Shown here piece after piece: positions 1-12,862 of a stretch of 64,000 nucleotides of DNA (position 1 is its first letter; every line of letters begins with the position of its first letter). The translations under genes and the position numbers were made by a program. The notes beneath the pieces are model-generated. The model saw nothing but the letters and a program-made list of their open reading frames with translations, did no database searches and had not been told where the DNA came from. Source of the DNA: Phoronis australis (Eukaryota > Animalia > Phoronida); contig NMRA01000326.1 in assembly GCA_002633005.1 (NCBI GenBank), positions 214,680-278,679 of the forward strand, given 5' to 3'.

Positions 1-20
1 AGAGAGAGAGAGAGAGAGAG
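1..20. repeat. (AG)n microsatellite (truncated by window edge)
   Basis: Ten AG units. Confidence 0.9.
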
Positions 21-1422
21 GTTGTTTATTGCACTTGGAGCTAAGCTCATTTGTACATATTACATTGCAACATTTGGTATAGGTGGCAATTTCATGTCCG
101 GGTATTCAATACATATATACATATTTACACGTTACAATGTTAGAGTTTCCTGTCTAATACCATAAGCCTTTAATATAAATAAGGATAGTCTTTTCAAAAG
201 ATAAAATGACATACCGAGACAAGCTATAACTAGTAGACCCTGATGTCTAGCAAGTGTCATGACTGACAACTCGTTATTCATTCAGACATTATGTGCTGCA
301 TAAACTGACGTAGCCTGGCAAGTCAACTTGTTTTAAGCAATAATGGTTGACTTTCGAAATACCTGAGCCGCATACTGAAATTCACTAAACCCGCGAGACA
401 GCGATCAGATCTTTTATGAACCGGCGTTCAATGACACCTAGTGACCCCTTGCAATGCAGAGGAGAAGTTTCAACCTACTGGATAGGTATAAACAGGGAGT
501 TAACACATTTCCTGCTATTACAATGCTAGCAAATTTCCACTACTATGTGGTGGGAAGTGCTAATGTCTGACGAGAAAGGTTATAACCTTTTGAATTATCA
601 ATTAACGAACAAGAGCACGTTCCATACATTTCCCACCGCCGACAAAGCCAGTGACTGGCTGATAAAGTGTGAGACTTACGATCTCAGCCGTTGTTGAAAA
701 GTTAAAATGAAGTCATGAACTCAAACCAACCAAACAATGGGAGGGACTGACAGTGAAATTTATTCATCTACTTTTAACTACTTCGTAGTAATTGAATTTT
801 TCACCACCAAATCTGAGTCGGGATCAAGCGAAAGTCTCTTTCGTGCTTTTATAGCACTAGAGAGCTCCAATCGTCTGGCAGTTCTTTTCGAGTCCTGGCG
901 ATAGTTCAATATCACTAGGATCTCGGCAAGACCTCGCTAAAAAGCACGATTCCGAGAAATTACGCGAGGTATTGCAGTGTAGTTTGAATGGGAGCCCCCA
1001 CTTTTTTCAGTGCTACGTCGCACATGGTCTATAGGCGGTGCACCACATGGGGGCTGAGGAGGCTTAACCCATCACTTTTTTCAGTGCTGCGCCGCCCATA
1101 TTTTGGTTAGATTGTTCAGTCTCGCCACGAAACAACTTTTGAACACTGCCGCGACATCATCTCCGACTTTTTAAGGAACAATTTTAGAACAAATTCATGA
1201 ATGTAAGTGATGTAACTCAAAATAGTAGATTTTTAGATAGAATGCTGGTTTGTAGTCACCTTAATGTTTTTATAGAGTGATTAGATGATTTTGCATGACT
1301 TATATTTGAGGTTGAATAGAGTGTCACAGCTCGGCACTGAATATAGCCCAAGTTTCCAGAACAGATTGATTTCATAACGTGACACGTGACACATAGTTTC
1401 AAATAAATTTATTTTTCTTCAG

Positions 1423-1559
1423 CCGATTTTGGAGGAAACAGCGGATTGTGTATTGGTGCTAGTCTGCTCACAGTTGCTGAATTATTGGAACTGATCGCTG
1501 TAATCGTATTCAACCTGATATTTCGAAGAAGGAAGAAAACATCCCCTGAGAAACAGTGA
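1423..1559 (+). CDS. DEG/ENaC (ASIC-like) channel gene A, terminal coding exon (TM2 + C-tail); upstream exons not found in window
   Basis: Acceptor ttttcttcAG at 1421-1422; phase-1 exon reads (A)DFGGNSGLCIGASLLTVAELLELIAVIVFNLIFRRRKKTSPEKQ*, about 36/45 identical to gene B last exon; GAS selectivity-filter motif. Confidence 0.9.
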
Positions 1560-1735
1560 CGGCGAATAATCAACAAAACGTGGAAAACGGGGGCCTACTG
1601 GATTGCAAGATGTCGGCAAACGACGTTTGCGAAAATTTTTTGAGTGAAAATTGCCCTCATGTACCTTATCGAGGTTTTGTGATGGTATGCTAGAGCCCAC
1701 TGCACCGTATTTTGTGGACATTTTTGCATGATGAG

Positions 1736-1891
1736 CAGTGCTGTAGTAGTAAAATTTGAGGTAAGTACGCGCCCAAAGCCTACCGTACCAAATCGAGCAC
1801 CGAAGGTAACTTACGGTGCGTAGGCGCTACGTTCAAATTCCAAAAGGTGGTTGGCCGCGCCCACGTGCGCCTACGCCCCACTACAGCACTA
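1736..1891. mobile_element. hAT-type MITE downstream of gene A stop
   Basis: TIR CAGTGCTGTAGT...ACTACAGCACTA; perfect 8-bp TSD ATGATGAG (1728-1735, 1892-1899). Confidence 0.8.
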
Positions 1892-2400
1892 ATGATGAGG
1901 CATATTGGTTCATCTTAATTTTTATTTGTTATAAACGCAGTGCACATTTTTGAAAAACTTATGTCTTAGTTCTTGTTTTGAGATTGTATTTAGAGATTTA
2001 TAACACGACAAGTTTGTGTCTTCAATTCAAAGATGTATTTCGCCCTGGTAAGCTGGCAGAAAAAGCCAAAGTCGAATAAGACTTTTACCATCATAAAATC
2101 GGTCTCATAATAGGATTTTATTTACGTTACCAACAAGAACATCGAAACCATTAGCTACTAAAGAAAACGCTTTAAAGTTTATTGTGGTTGACAAACCCTA
2201 AAACAGTGAAATTGAGGTGGTAACGGAAATGGAATTTTATCATGGTAAGGAATGTTATAAGGTTGGTTTCGTTTCATTTTTTTATCCTGCTAAACAAGGC
2301 AATCCGCAGCTTTAAGATAACATGTGTTACGGACTGATTAATCGTTAAGTCTAAAATACGATTTTGTGGGTGATTATGTTGGTGAAATATATTCGATTAA

Positions 2401-2774
2401 AGATGCCTGGAACGCGATAAACAGACTAAATTGCAAGTGGTTCTCTGCAAGTGGTGAAACAAAATTCAACCTGCTCACCAGGTATTTTAGGGTTTATTTT
2501 TCAAGATTTTTAATTTCTGTTGACATCAAAGCATTTTTTAGCTTCAAATTTCAAAAAACGATCTGTCAAGCGACATCAAGCAACTGACTGTAAGCGTAAT
2601 TGTTATAAGTGGGAGAGCACGTATATAGTGAAAAAATTATGAATTTTGTGACTTTTTCTGAAAATTTCCTAACAGTAGATAGTGAATTACTCTGTACTAG
2701 GCATTGCGAGATGTTACTTTCTTCAGGAATTGTTTAAAGGATATTTTTGATGAGCTTTCACGTACTATGCCCCT
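2401..2774. mobile_element. Kolobok-like MITE (degenerate TIRs)
   Basis: TTAA on both sides; termini AGATGCCTGGAACGCG versus AGGGGCATAGTACGTG (reverse complement), 10/16 match. Confidence 0.4.
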
Positions 2775-3477
2775 TTAAAATGCCAGGTATAAACACCCTT
2801 TAATTTGTATGTGGATGCAAAGCATGAAACGTATTTACATGTACCTTAACGTGATATGTGATGAAGTAAATGTGCCATCCATTGTTACATTGCTTGCACA
2901 TTCAGGATATATATATTCCAGCGAGCCTGCTGTGTAGTTAAGAAATCCTTGAACCCTGATTTACAAGGTATAGATACTACATGTCTTGGAAAGTGTGTCA
3001 TATTTTAATAGAAATGTATTACATACATGTATCATGTGATAGGCATAACGCATTTGTATGACCACTTTGTTTCCTATAATCTTCGTTTTCTCGTATACAC
3101 TAAGTTGCATCATGTACATAAGGCATCTCGGCTAGTGGTTGCAGCAACAAATTTTTGTATTATGTAGTGAAAATAAATAAATTCTGTCTTATAATTAGCA
3201 TTTTATCTAGTCATATATATCCTATGTCAGTTTACATTTTATATTATCGATACACTATATTTTTATCACGTTCAAAATTAACATCACAAAATTGATAAAG
3301 TCTAGTGCTCAACTAATTATATTTTCCGACACATTTTATGAGCTGTAGAGCAGCTCAAGAGGTTTTTTCTGTGATTTATTACTATTTCGCAAACATTTAT
3401 AAGTCTGGTCAGCACGCCACCTGTGGTCAGCACGCCACCTGTGGCCACATCATGTGACCTAATGAACACAAGTCTGA

Positions 3478-3532
3478 AAATACTTCTGCCCCAACCGGGA
3501 CTCCAACCCAGGATCCCCTGCTAACCGTGCAG
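3478..3532 (-). mobile_element. tRNA-derived repeat fragment (SINE-like)
   Basis: Minus strand ...GGATCCTGGGTTGGAGTCCCGGTTGGGGCA: B-box/T-arm-like; related sequence at 30700-30765. Confidence 0.45.
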
Positions 3533-5766
3533 ATTTATTACTATTGCAATCAACTTTGGGTTACGCCTCATTTGAGTACAAATGACATAGACTAATAGTT
3601 GTCACATCAACGCTCCAATCTTGATTTAGTACATTGACACGTTGCTTTTCACGTTTTTTTGACTAGGGCAATTATAAAAGAGCAGACGATTTTGGATTGG
3701 AAGGTTGCAACTTAGCCGACACGGAGCGTCTATGTCTCTGACCGTAGTTTTAATAAATGACTTTAAGGATTTACCCATTTTGCCCTTTTTACTTTCTATT
3801 GCTCAACATTTATTCAAAGTTGTGCTAAGTCGACATAACGAATGAGACAGTTTTATTGAGAATCATTTGAATGTGCGACGTATAGAAAAAATCTCTGTCA
3901 CTGGAAGGCCAACAACGCATCCAAGACGAAATCTGCGACCCTATCGACCACATTCAAACGACTGAAACGCTATCGAACAGTGAGAGCTTGCAATCAACCC
4001 GGCACAACCGACTTGATTGTTGCCTTCACTTACGACCTATAACGGCGTCATAGATCACATGTCATAAAGTACACGATACTGGCGGGCCCTGGAAGCACCT
4101 GAAAACGATAGAGGTAACGCCTGGGCTGTGTTCCGTAGGCACAAGGTTGCACTGGGGACGCAAAATATTCGCCTACGGAACAAAAACACCGAATTTAATG
4201 CCATGCGCAATTCAACTCACCGACCAATCACTTCGTGTGTCCGTGGCCGCTAATCGGGTAGGATACCTCCGATGGCCTCAAATTATTCGTCGCAGATAAT
4301 TCATATCTGCGCATGAGCAAGCTTCAATCTTAACAACACAGGGATTTAGTCAAATGATAGCTCAGTAAAAGCAGTACAAGATCTCGAAAGTCGAACGAGC
4401 GACGTTATTCTCAATCTTTTTTCCTGATGCAATGTCAATTCTTGTTTAGCTTGTCACAGGAGAATTATGGCATATTCGACGGGATGGCTAACAAGCTTTC
4501 GATATCTCCTTCATCTAAGATGTATCGGTTTTTGTTGCATCGGGATGTACTAAACTGAACAGATGACGAAACGCAAGATTTTTCACTCAGAAACAGTTTG
4601 AGAAATTGTGTGCATAATTTTATCATCCAAATAGGCAACCTATTTAAATAACTTTAAGTCGCCCATCTATGAAAAAATATCCCAGTTTGCGTTTCTGTTG
4701 GTTCAACATAATGTTTCAAAAATGAACTTAAGCTCAAGAAGGGTACCTTTTATGAGAAAACTTCCCACTAAAGGGCTCACTTTGGGAGCTCTAAACCCTG
4801 CAAAAGCTTATTTTCACACAACACAAATCCACAGTTTTTTAACATTATTCATATCCAATAAATGTGAGGTTTTGACAATATGGCATCTCGTCTTATATTA
4901 CTTAATGAGTTAAAATTTAGCGGTCCGAGAATCGTTTCGAAAGGGTTATGTTTAAGGAATTAACTCCAGCAATCTTTTTCTAGACCAAAGGCAGGAAAGA
5001 CTGATTTGTCATTGAAGCGGCCGGGCCGATAAATGTGTCTCAGTTTTCCAGTTCACTCTCTAAATAAGAAGGCGTACTAATTTTTCAGCTGCAACCTTAT
5101 CGAAAATGTAGTTGAGTAAATCCGCTGTCAAAGCCTCCAACTTGCAATAGGTAACCTACCGGCTTATATAACAAACACGGCTTATTATGCTAGCGGTACT
5201 TTCAGCACATTCAATCCCCAAACTGTATCATAAGCCAATCTTCTGTGAAAATCTTCCTGTTAAAAGCATTACTTATCACTTCTTTAAACAGCATTCTTGC
5301 TATGTTTACTGAGCTGGGTCATTTCATATATGTTTTTCATTGTTTATTTGCCTGCAAACAAATACCGCCCATTTCGTCGAGTTTCATGATCACTTGTCAC
5401 TACCGTGGTTAACATGTACAAATAAGTGTCGTCAAGCGGCAGGGAGCCTACTGTTCGTTATTTAACCTATACCCATATTATTGTACACGCATTACTTTTC
5501 GCATGAACGCGTTCTTCTACTAATCCAAAGGTATTGTCGTCGCAAAATTAATAAACATTGACATTGAAATTCGGTCGTGTAAAGCGGTTTGGACGGAGTT
5601 CCCGTTTTACTCGGTGACACGCAGGGAGACCAGTCAGTGACGGGGATACGGGCATGAAGCACGTTGGAAAAAGGTTCCCCAGACTCGCTGTAGTACCTGC
5701 TTTTCATTTTGCTTAGTGTGAAAGATTTGACGTCAATAGAGCCTAGTGTGTGTGAGTACGGGCGTG

Positions 5767-5969
5767 ATGGACAATTTTGAAATGGCGTGGGACAATCAGC
5801 AAACACGGACACAGCAGGGAGTTAAAAGTGGGAGAGAAGATTGTAAAGACGAAGAACTTTCAAGGTCGTCTTGGCAAATTTTTAAGGATTGCGTCACCGA
5901 TTACCTTGACGTGTGTTCGATGCATGGACTAGCATTTTTTCTGGGATCAATGTATCACCCACTTCGCAG
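5767..5969 (+). CDS. DEG/ENaC gene B exon 1 (cytoplasmic N-terminus with HG motif)
   Basis: MDNFEMAW...DYLDVCSMHGLAFFLGSMYHPLRR; HG gating motif; donor AG|GTCAGT at 5970, phase 2, same position as in gene C. Start could be 5767 or 5782. Confidence 0.85.
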
Positions 5970-7167
5970 GTCAGTGTTGCAGTAAACACGAATTAAGATT
6001 ATTGGTTCCTAGGATTGTGTAAGATCCTAAAATGTCCAAACTTGGCTGACTTCGAAACAACATATTTCGCATATGAATGATTTGGATTCGTACTCTCAGA
6101 GCTTTATGCACTATTCTCCAAAGCTCATACCGAATTGTTTTTGAAAGGTTCCACTTTTGCAGTGACCATTTTCAAAATTAGGCGGGACAAAATAAATTTC
6201 AACGTCATAAAACTGTCGAGAGCTAGCTTCACCGACGCACAAGCCTGCCCCGTCATGCAGGAATTCCATCTCCATCGTTGCACATAATTGTTGACCTAGA
6301 AAGTATAGTTTGCTGCTGGGTAATAATAATATTTTTCCAATATTGACGCTAAGCAGGCACATTCAGACAGCCATAATAAGTTACCCACTCCGCCGGAGTG
6401 ACGGAGGTGTGCTGGCTGCCCAATCGCACTCAAGTCTTTCGATGATCGCAACTTCGCCCAGCAACTCACAGTGACTCAGCGACAAACCAAGTGGAACATC
6501 GTACCACGAGCGTTCGTAGTTTGATGGCAAGGGATTTAACTCTCGAATCATTTTGGAACGCGGAGCAAAAGTCAGACAAATAGCACTTCGTAATGTTCTC
6601 ATAGAAATGCCACAAACTGACAAATGGAGAAACAACCTCAACGTGGGTGAAAAATGTAATTGACATTTAGATCGTTCTAACAGCGGTAACAAGGGACCCA
6701 AGGGCATTGTGGTTGCCCTAATACCACACGTGGCCTATTTTTTCCAAAAAATTGCAACCTTTTCTTACTATCTCAACTTCCAAGACAGTTTGGTAAATGG
6801 ATTTGCAGTCTGGAGAAAACAAATATCAACTCAATTGACACAATATTATGATGGGTTAATACTCTGCACTGACCCACCCCCTCCAACTCTAAATCCTAGA
6901 TCCGCCCCTGATATTGACTTTTTGTGCTTTCCTCATTGCCATGGGACTGGGTCATTTTTTCCATCAACTGACGTCAGACGCTGAGATCAGCCTGTTTTTC
7001 TATAAGACCATTAAATGAAAATGGAACGTCGTGTTCTACAAACTTGTCATTTTTTGTTATATAATGTATAAAGTGATGTGATAGTCATTGGCCCAAAGCA
7101 GAGCAGAAACAAAAAGTAAATTAAGTAGAGGATGAATTGTGACACTTGACAGCACAGCGGACATACA

Positions 7168-7395
7168 TTAGAAGTGAGATATCACAGGACATTCAAGTTT
7201 AAATAACGTGGAAGAATGACGAACGTAACAGTTTACGTAATGCACACAAAGATCTTGACACGCATTGCGCACTAACCGAAAATGGCATTCGTCTTCTACA
7301 CAACCACAATTACATAACTTACACAATCTATTTGACACTGCAGTCGAGTTGGCGACTGAACAAATACACCTGTGTATGGGCAGGAGAAAGTGCAA
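7168..7395 (-). mobile_element. non-LTR retrotransposon (LINE) ORF2 C-terminal fragment
   Basis: RLCKLCNCGCVEDECHFRLV..CQDL resembles the R-x-C-x2-C...VEDE-x-HF-x-L-x-C zinc-knuckle tail of RTE-X/L2-like ORF2. Confidence 0.65.
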
Positions 7396-7424
7396 AAATA
7401 TTTAAAAATAAAAAATCCTCCTTT

Positions 7425-7650
7425 GTAAATTCAATTTAATAAATTCTATCCTATTTGAAATAAAAATCAATCATATTATGTGTATTCGATGCTATTTAAT
7501 GAATTCAAATCATATTTAAAATAAAATTAAAACGTATTTTAGAAATTCACGTTTTTATTATAAATTCAATCCTATTTTACAAATTCCGTGCTATTTCATC
7601 AATTCAATCCTATTTTATCAATTCAGCCCTGTTCAGAAGATTCAGTACAA
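7425..7650. repeat. degenerate ~20-bp AT-rich minisatellite
   Basis: Recurrent AATTCAATCCTATTTTA-like units. Confidence 0.55.
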
Positions 7651-7946
7651 CTTGATATGATCAAATTTGTTGGGTAGATTCAGACAAACAAATCTGGTAT
7701 GCGATTACTTCTTACCAAAATTCACTGATTATCCTGTCTGTGGAGAACGAAACTCTGTGGCCGTCCCTGCCAGCTGTTAATTGACCTATCGCCAGGATTA
7801 TGACGGACGGCTTAATTGACCAATCAAAACGCAGCATTCTTGGCACACCTTCGTCTGCGTTTCCATGCCGCCATTTTACCCGACAAACCACACGCAGTCG
7901 ACTAAAACTTACTTTAGTCTGTAGCTCAAGAAATTGTCCGCTAAGA

Positions 7947-8195
7947 ATGGGGAAACGGTGTTGATATGACGTGTATAGCCCCGACAGCCGTTGTGCTGCT
8001 CCAGAATAATATCCCGTCATTTTTTGGCATGTTCTAAGCCCAAAAATGATGTTGAAAAGCGTAAACTATGGGTCAAACTGTACGGCCACACGAGCAGCTG
8101 AACTTAGCGATGTTGCTTGATAACTCGAAGGCTATAATAAACACAAATATATTAGTTCCTAGATACGCACTTTTCAGCTTGGTGGCTATGGTGCA
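7947..8195 (+). pseudogene. degenerate THAP domain (transposase N-terminus) in gene B intron 1
   Basis: With stops and frameshifts: MGKRC*YDVYSPDSR...KPKNDVEKRKLWVKLYG..PHEQLN...HF; fits the KRCxxGxCxSDSR...PKP...WxKxCGRP THAP subtype. Confidence 0.55.
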
Positions 8196-8839
8196 GGGCT
8201 ATCTCAGATTTTGACTCCCGAGTTGGCTACGTCTGGCCGCCTTTGTCTCGGCACCTGCTGGATCTCAGCACTCTGGTGGTATTCCCCGGAAATTGTTGTT
8301 TTTAAGGACACTTTTATTTTATGTTTTTTTTTTATTTATTTCAACCTAATGGACATTATTTTGTTTCGTATCAGAGGTACATTTTTGTTATTCATAAACC
8401 GTAAGCTGGCGTTCAACTGAACTTCTCTCCCGGTCAAAATTCAGAGATTCGATCGGCACAGGGAAGGGCACTGGATTACTGCCGGAACTCAAAGCCTTGG
8501 TCGAGCTGTTGTCACTAAAAATAAACTGTTGAATTACTTTTTGACGTGTACCTCTAGCATACACTATGTCTGTAGAGTTAGAGAGAGCTCATTTTGGTGT
8601 GGTTCAAACATGATATTTAGATTTATGAAGCTTTAAAAAAGAATTTGAGTCATTTTTGTAACATACCCTATGTTTGCAACTACCACACCAAACTTGTAAT
8701 CTTTTGTAACCATACCACGACTTAGTGATCATGGTACCTTCAAAATTAAATGAAAGCCATCTTTATGGAATGAAACTACAAAAAATGCCAAGTTCATAAG
8801 AAGGTAGGCCTAATTTAAATGTCTTAATGGTGGAAATTC

Positions 8840-9156
8840 CATAGGCGGATTTAGGGGGGATCATCGGCCCCACACCCCCCCCTTGGCTGCCGCAAGCAAA
8901 ATGAAACAGCAAGAGCGTGAGGAAATATTGAGTTCAATAACTAGGACCTGTAGCGGAAGAGGGGGGGGCTCAGACCCCAGATCGCGGCGGAATCGTGTTC
9001 TTGTTTTTTTTAGTCCACCGATAGATTTTCTGAACAGAAAGTCCAACGTTCTACATCCCAACTTTCGGGCCGCCTATGCACATACATTCGCACTTTGTCC
9101 AATTCCACGAGGCAACATATGTTGGGCCCCCCTGTGGTATCCTAGATCCGCCACTG
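8840..9156. mobile_element. MITE with 5-bp TSD (hAT5-like), subfamily A
   Basis: TIR CATAGGCGGATTTAGG...CCTAGATCCGCCACTG; TSD AATTC both sides; inverted homologue of 32268-32564. Confidence 0.8.
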
Positions 9157-9496
9157 AATTCTAGACATTAATTTTACTTAGACACAGCCTTAGACCTAGG
9201 CTACCGGAGCTAACTGTTTGCCCAGGACGAGATGAGTGTGTACCTGAGCTATGAACCTGAATTTTTTTATCAAAATATTTCGTGACAAGATTAGAAAAGC
9301 TATCAAGTCAGAGACTATAGTGCATGTGTTGTCTGTAATCTATGATCTACTTTACTCCAGGAGTCCCACCAGTTCTGACCTACTTTTCATTTGGCGAAAT
9401 TTAGCAGACGACAGAATAAAAATATCGGTGAATCTTCACTGATTTTATTCGAAAGATCATGAAATCTATGGAATTGTACAGATAATTGGACTTTAA

Positions 9497-9841
9497 GGTA
9501 CATGCCCACCTTTACATGAACATATCGTATCAGTGGCCTTGTCATTTGTCAGGTGAAGGTAGCCCCGAGGTCGAGGGGTTCTTCGGATTTTATCTGGCTC
9601 CTCGAGCACTTATTTTTTCATCGTCACCTTTACAAATTCCCATATCATGAACGTACGATTCACTGTTGAAAAGCATCGCCTCTTGTCTCTGTCGACGCGC
9701 TTTCAAATCGTGCAAAAACACTCATCGATTCCACCAGGAACGTCGTTTAGCGACAGTGTATTTGCCTCTGACATCTCGTTCGAATGTCGGGTATCACGTG
9801 ACTTTTCGCATAGGGGCGGAGCTTGCGATAGGTCAATTACC
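9497..9841. mobile_element. Kolobok-like MITE
   Basis: TTAA|GGTACATGCCC ... GGTCAATTACC|TTAA (8/11 inverted match). Confidence 0.4.
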
Positions 9842-10980
9842 TTAACCATTGGAGTTCAGGAACGTATGCATCGCTGTGACAATACATTCTCAAATTTTTG
9901 TTTAAGCTATGAAAAGTGATTTCACATTACAAATTGGTAATATTGGTAGATGGGAAAATAAGCTTGAATGAAGCTTAAATTTTAAAAAATGTTTCTGTAA
10001 AAGTGATTAATGTGTATTATTGGGTGTATGGATTGGAGTGAAGGATAAGAAAAACTATTTTAGTCTCTATTATTTTACAATTTTATTTCTTTTCTAATAA
10101 CTGTAGAACTTCAAGTAATAACACGTGTCGTTTCATCGATTGAACTCGACTTTGTTGTTATTGTTACATGTGTAAGGTGTCAGTTTAAAATCTAGTTTGT
10201 CACGCGAAAGCATTCCCGTGGTAAAAAAACATAAACACACGTGATCTGAACAGTTTTGAGTGAAATATGATAACGATATGCTTTAAAGCTACATCATGAA
10301 ATGTTCGAAAAAGTTCCCCCTTTCCAAAAGTACGCCCAAGCGTTTATACGGTTTTATTTGATCGTTTTCGAATGTACGCCCACGAGCCTATTTTCGGAAA
10401 TTCACAGATTTTTGCACTATGTTGTTCTTATTCCACTGTGATTACGGAAGAATGTGGAAATTTTGAGCCTTGACCTAAATTACCATGTAGCCTCATTGTT
10501 CAGCATACAATCATATTTTGGCTTATTCCAGAATGTGAAGACAAAAGTTCTACCAAAGTTCTTTCAAGTTATAACTTCTGTTCTAAAGATGATGCTGAGA
10601 CGGAAAATACAATGCTTTCTTACAAACTTTTTATATATTCAAGGTTTCCGGTTGTATGCAGTCACTGAGGTATTCATCACTCATGAACGAGCGCGTTGTT
10701 GATTCTCGTGTTGATTAAGTTCATTCAAATCAGTGTGACCAGTGTTCTGACGAGTAGAAAACCATCTCAGAAAAAGAATTCAACGCACAAGCTGCTCACA
10801 ATGATGTCTGTGTTTGTACTATTTATTTACTTATTTCGTCAATCTCCGGCCAAAGTCTCAAAAATTAAACCTTTACTTACTAAAATTGGTGAAAATTGCG
10901 TTGTGGATTTGGTCATTGGCCCCAAGTACAGCAAAAACAAATTAAATTGTGAAGTGCGCTTCAAACTACAGAGTAGATGG

Positions 10981-11127
10981 CAGTGGCGGATGTAGGATNG
11001 TGCGTCCTACTTGCTTACTCAATATTTCCAACATTTCTTCGCGCTTCACGCTGTTGCTGTTTCATTTTGCTTGCGGCAGCCAAGGGGGGGGGGTGGCGGG
11101 CCCCCTGCCCCCCTAAATCCGCCTGTG
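10981..11127. mobile_element. MITE with 5-bp TSD (hAT5-like), subfamily A, spans an N
   Basis: CAGTGGCGGATGTAGG...CCTAAATCCGCCTGTG; TSD GATGG both sides; N at 10999. Confidence 0.8.
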
Positions 11128-11199
11128 GATGGTGACGCTTGAGAATATAGGTTCAGTCTTGTGAAACTTATAACACGCCATTAATTTATTTTATTACAG

Positions 11200-11758
11200 A
11201 ATCCTTTGGTTTCTTCTATTCACTGCAAGTTTCGTCTGGCTTATGATAGTCGTGGCCACCGCCTACGATAATTTGAAAAGGAAACCCGTTCAGACGAAAA
11301 TGAAAGTTAAATACGCCGACAATGCGTCATTTCCAACTGTAACAATTTGTAACCTGAACAAATACCGTAAAAAATATGTGGAAGAAAACTACCCAGATTC
11401 TGAGGAAGTTGTGAGGTTCATGCATCCAGTTGTACCAGAGGACTCCACAGCGAACATAGATTGGAGCGAGCCACGACATGCTTGGAGCTTAAAGGAATCC
11501 AATATACTCCATTTAGCACGAGATGGGGCACACGAAATCCACAAATCATTCATAAGTGCTCAATTTGGGGGGCACGAATTGCCCGTGGCCAAGCCAAATT
11601 TCGTAACAGTTGAAACGGACTCTGGAGTGTGCTTCCAGTTTAATCCTAAAGGGACATGGTATTCAGAGCTTAGCGGCAAAACGTTTGGCTTGATGGTAAT
11701 GCTGAACGCTGACCAAGAAAATTATTATTTCGGCGACTCATTTTCTGTTGGATTCAAG
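11200..11758 (+). CDS. DEG/ENaC gene B exon 2 (TM1, palm, finger, beta-ball)
   Basis: Acceptor ttattacAG; ILWFLLFTASFVWLMIVV (TM1), FPTVTICNLN, GVCFQFN, GLMVMLN, SVGFK|GTATGA donor. Confidence 0.95.
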
Positions 11759-12169
11759 GTATGACTTCGTTCACCGCGGCATAGTTTTTAAAAGAAGTTC
11801 AAGGCCCGAACTAGAAATTATTTTTGACATTTTCTTTTTAGCTCACTTTCGGTATCGATAATTCTATGCTCCAGTGTGCCCGTGGACGACTGTCTAATCC
11901 TAGTTTGAACTTAATGACCCCAACATTAAAGATTTAAGTTCGAGTCTGAACTTGAACTTGAAACTTTGAGGTTTTACTAGTGTTTGTAGCTGAAATGTAG
12001 GGCTCATCAATAGCGAAGTTGATTTAGAAAATTATGAGTAAACCATCATATACTCTAGCACAAAACTTTAGATACCGATCTTGAGTTTGTATTAAAGAAG
12101 GACAATTTTCAGTGCTTCGTTACAGGCAGATGTCGTGTGTTCGTATCTCACCCCTGTTGTTTGATCTAG

Positions 12170-12268
12170 ATTGCCCTTCACCGACACGACGAGGAGCCAT
12201 TTGTTGACGAGTTTGGGTTTGTCGTTAGCCCAGGACAAGAGGTTCTGGTTCCCATGGTGTTGAACGAG
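12170..12268 (+). CDS. DEG/ENaC gene B exon 3
   Basis: AG/GT bounded, phase 0-0; IALHRHDEEPFVDEFGFVVSPGQEVLVPMVLNE matches the HxxxExP...GFxVxPG motif. Confidence 0.92.
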
Positions 12269-12690
12269 GTAGCTCAGAATATTTGTTTACCTCTAATTTG
12301 AGCTAAACTGTACCAAGCTAATCGAAAGAAATAGACTGTACTTTATTTCGGCTGCTTTTGTTTTGTTAACGTGCACATGCAAACATATCCCGTCTTATTT
12401 TTGCAATTTTCTCTTGGAAACGCAATGGTTTGAAGATTCTCACTTAACAGTGGTAACTCCACTGTCTCTGTTAGTAACTATAAACAGAGCGACGGCAAAG
12501 TGTCAAGATGATAATAATAATAAAATTGATGAGCGCTACTGGTGGAAGGAATATAGGAACTATGAAAATGGGCAATGCATCATTTTCTAAACCACATTAT
12601 TCATATTTTTATCAAGGATACGTCTCCATTGGGATTTGAAAATAATGCACTTACAAACAGGTTTCACATATCTGCACTTTCAATTAACAG

Positions 12691-12862
12691 GTTATATCGC
12701 TACCAGAGCCTTACGAAGGCGGAACTTGCGTAGATACCAAAGTTAAAGATTTTACCAACCCTTTGGAATATTATTCTCCCTACAATTACAACTCGTGTCG
12801 AAAGGAGTGCCAGACAAGATATAGCGTTGAACAGTGTGGTTGCAAACTAGCTTTTGACCCAG
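12691..12862 (+). CDS. DEG/ENaC gene B exon 4 (thumb, Cys-rich)
   Basis: VISLPEPYEGGTCVDTK...YNYNSCRKECQTRYSVEQCGCKLAFDP(G); canonical splice sites, phase 0-1. Confidence 0.93.

Noticed and set aside
8861-9164. ORFs similar to those at 32279-32570, suggesting a small gene family
   Set aside because: Both lie entirely within copies of the same MITE
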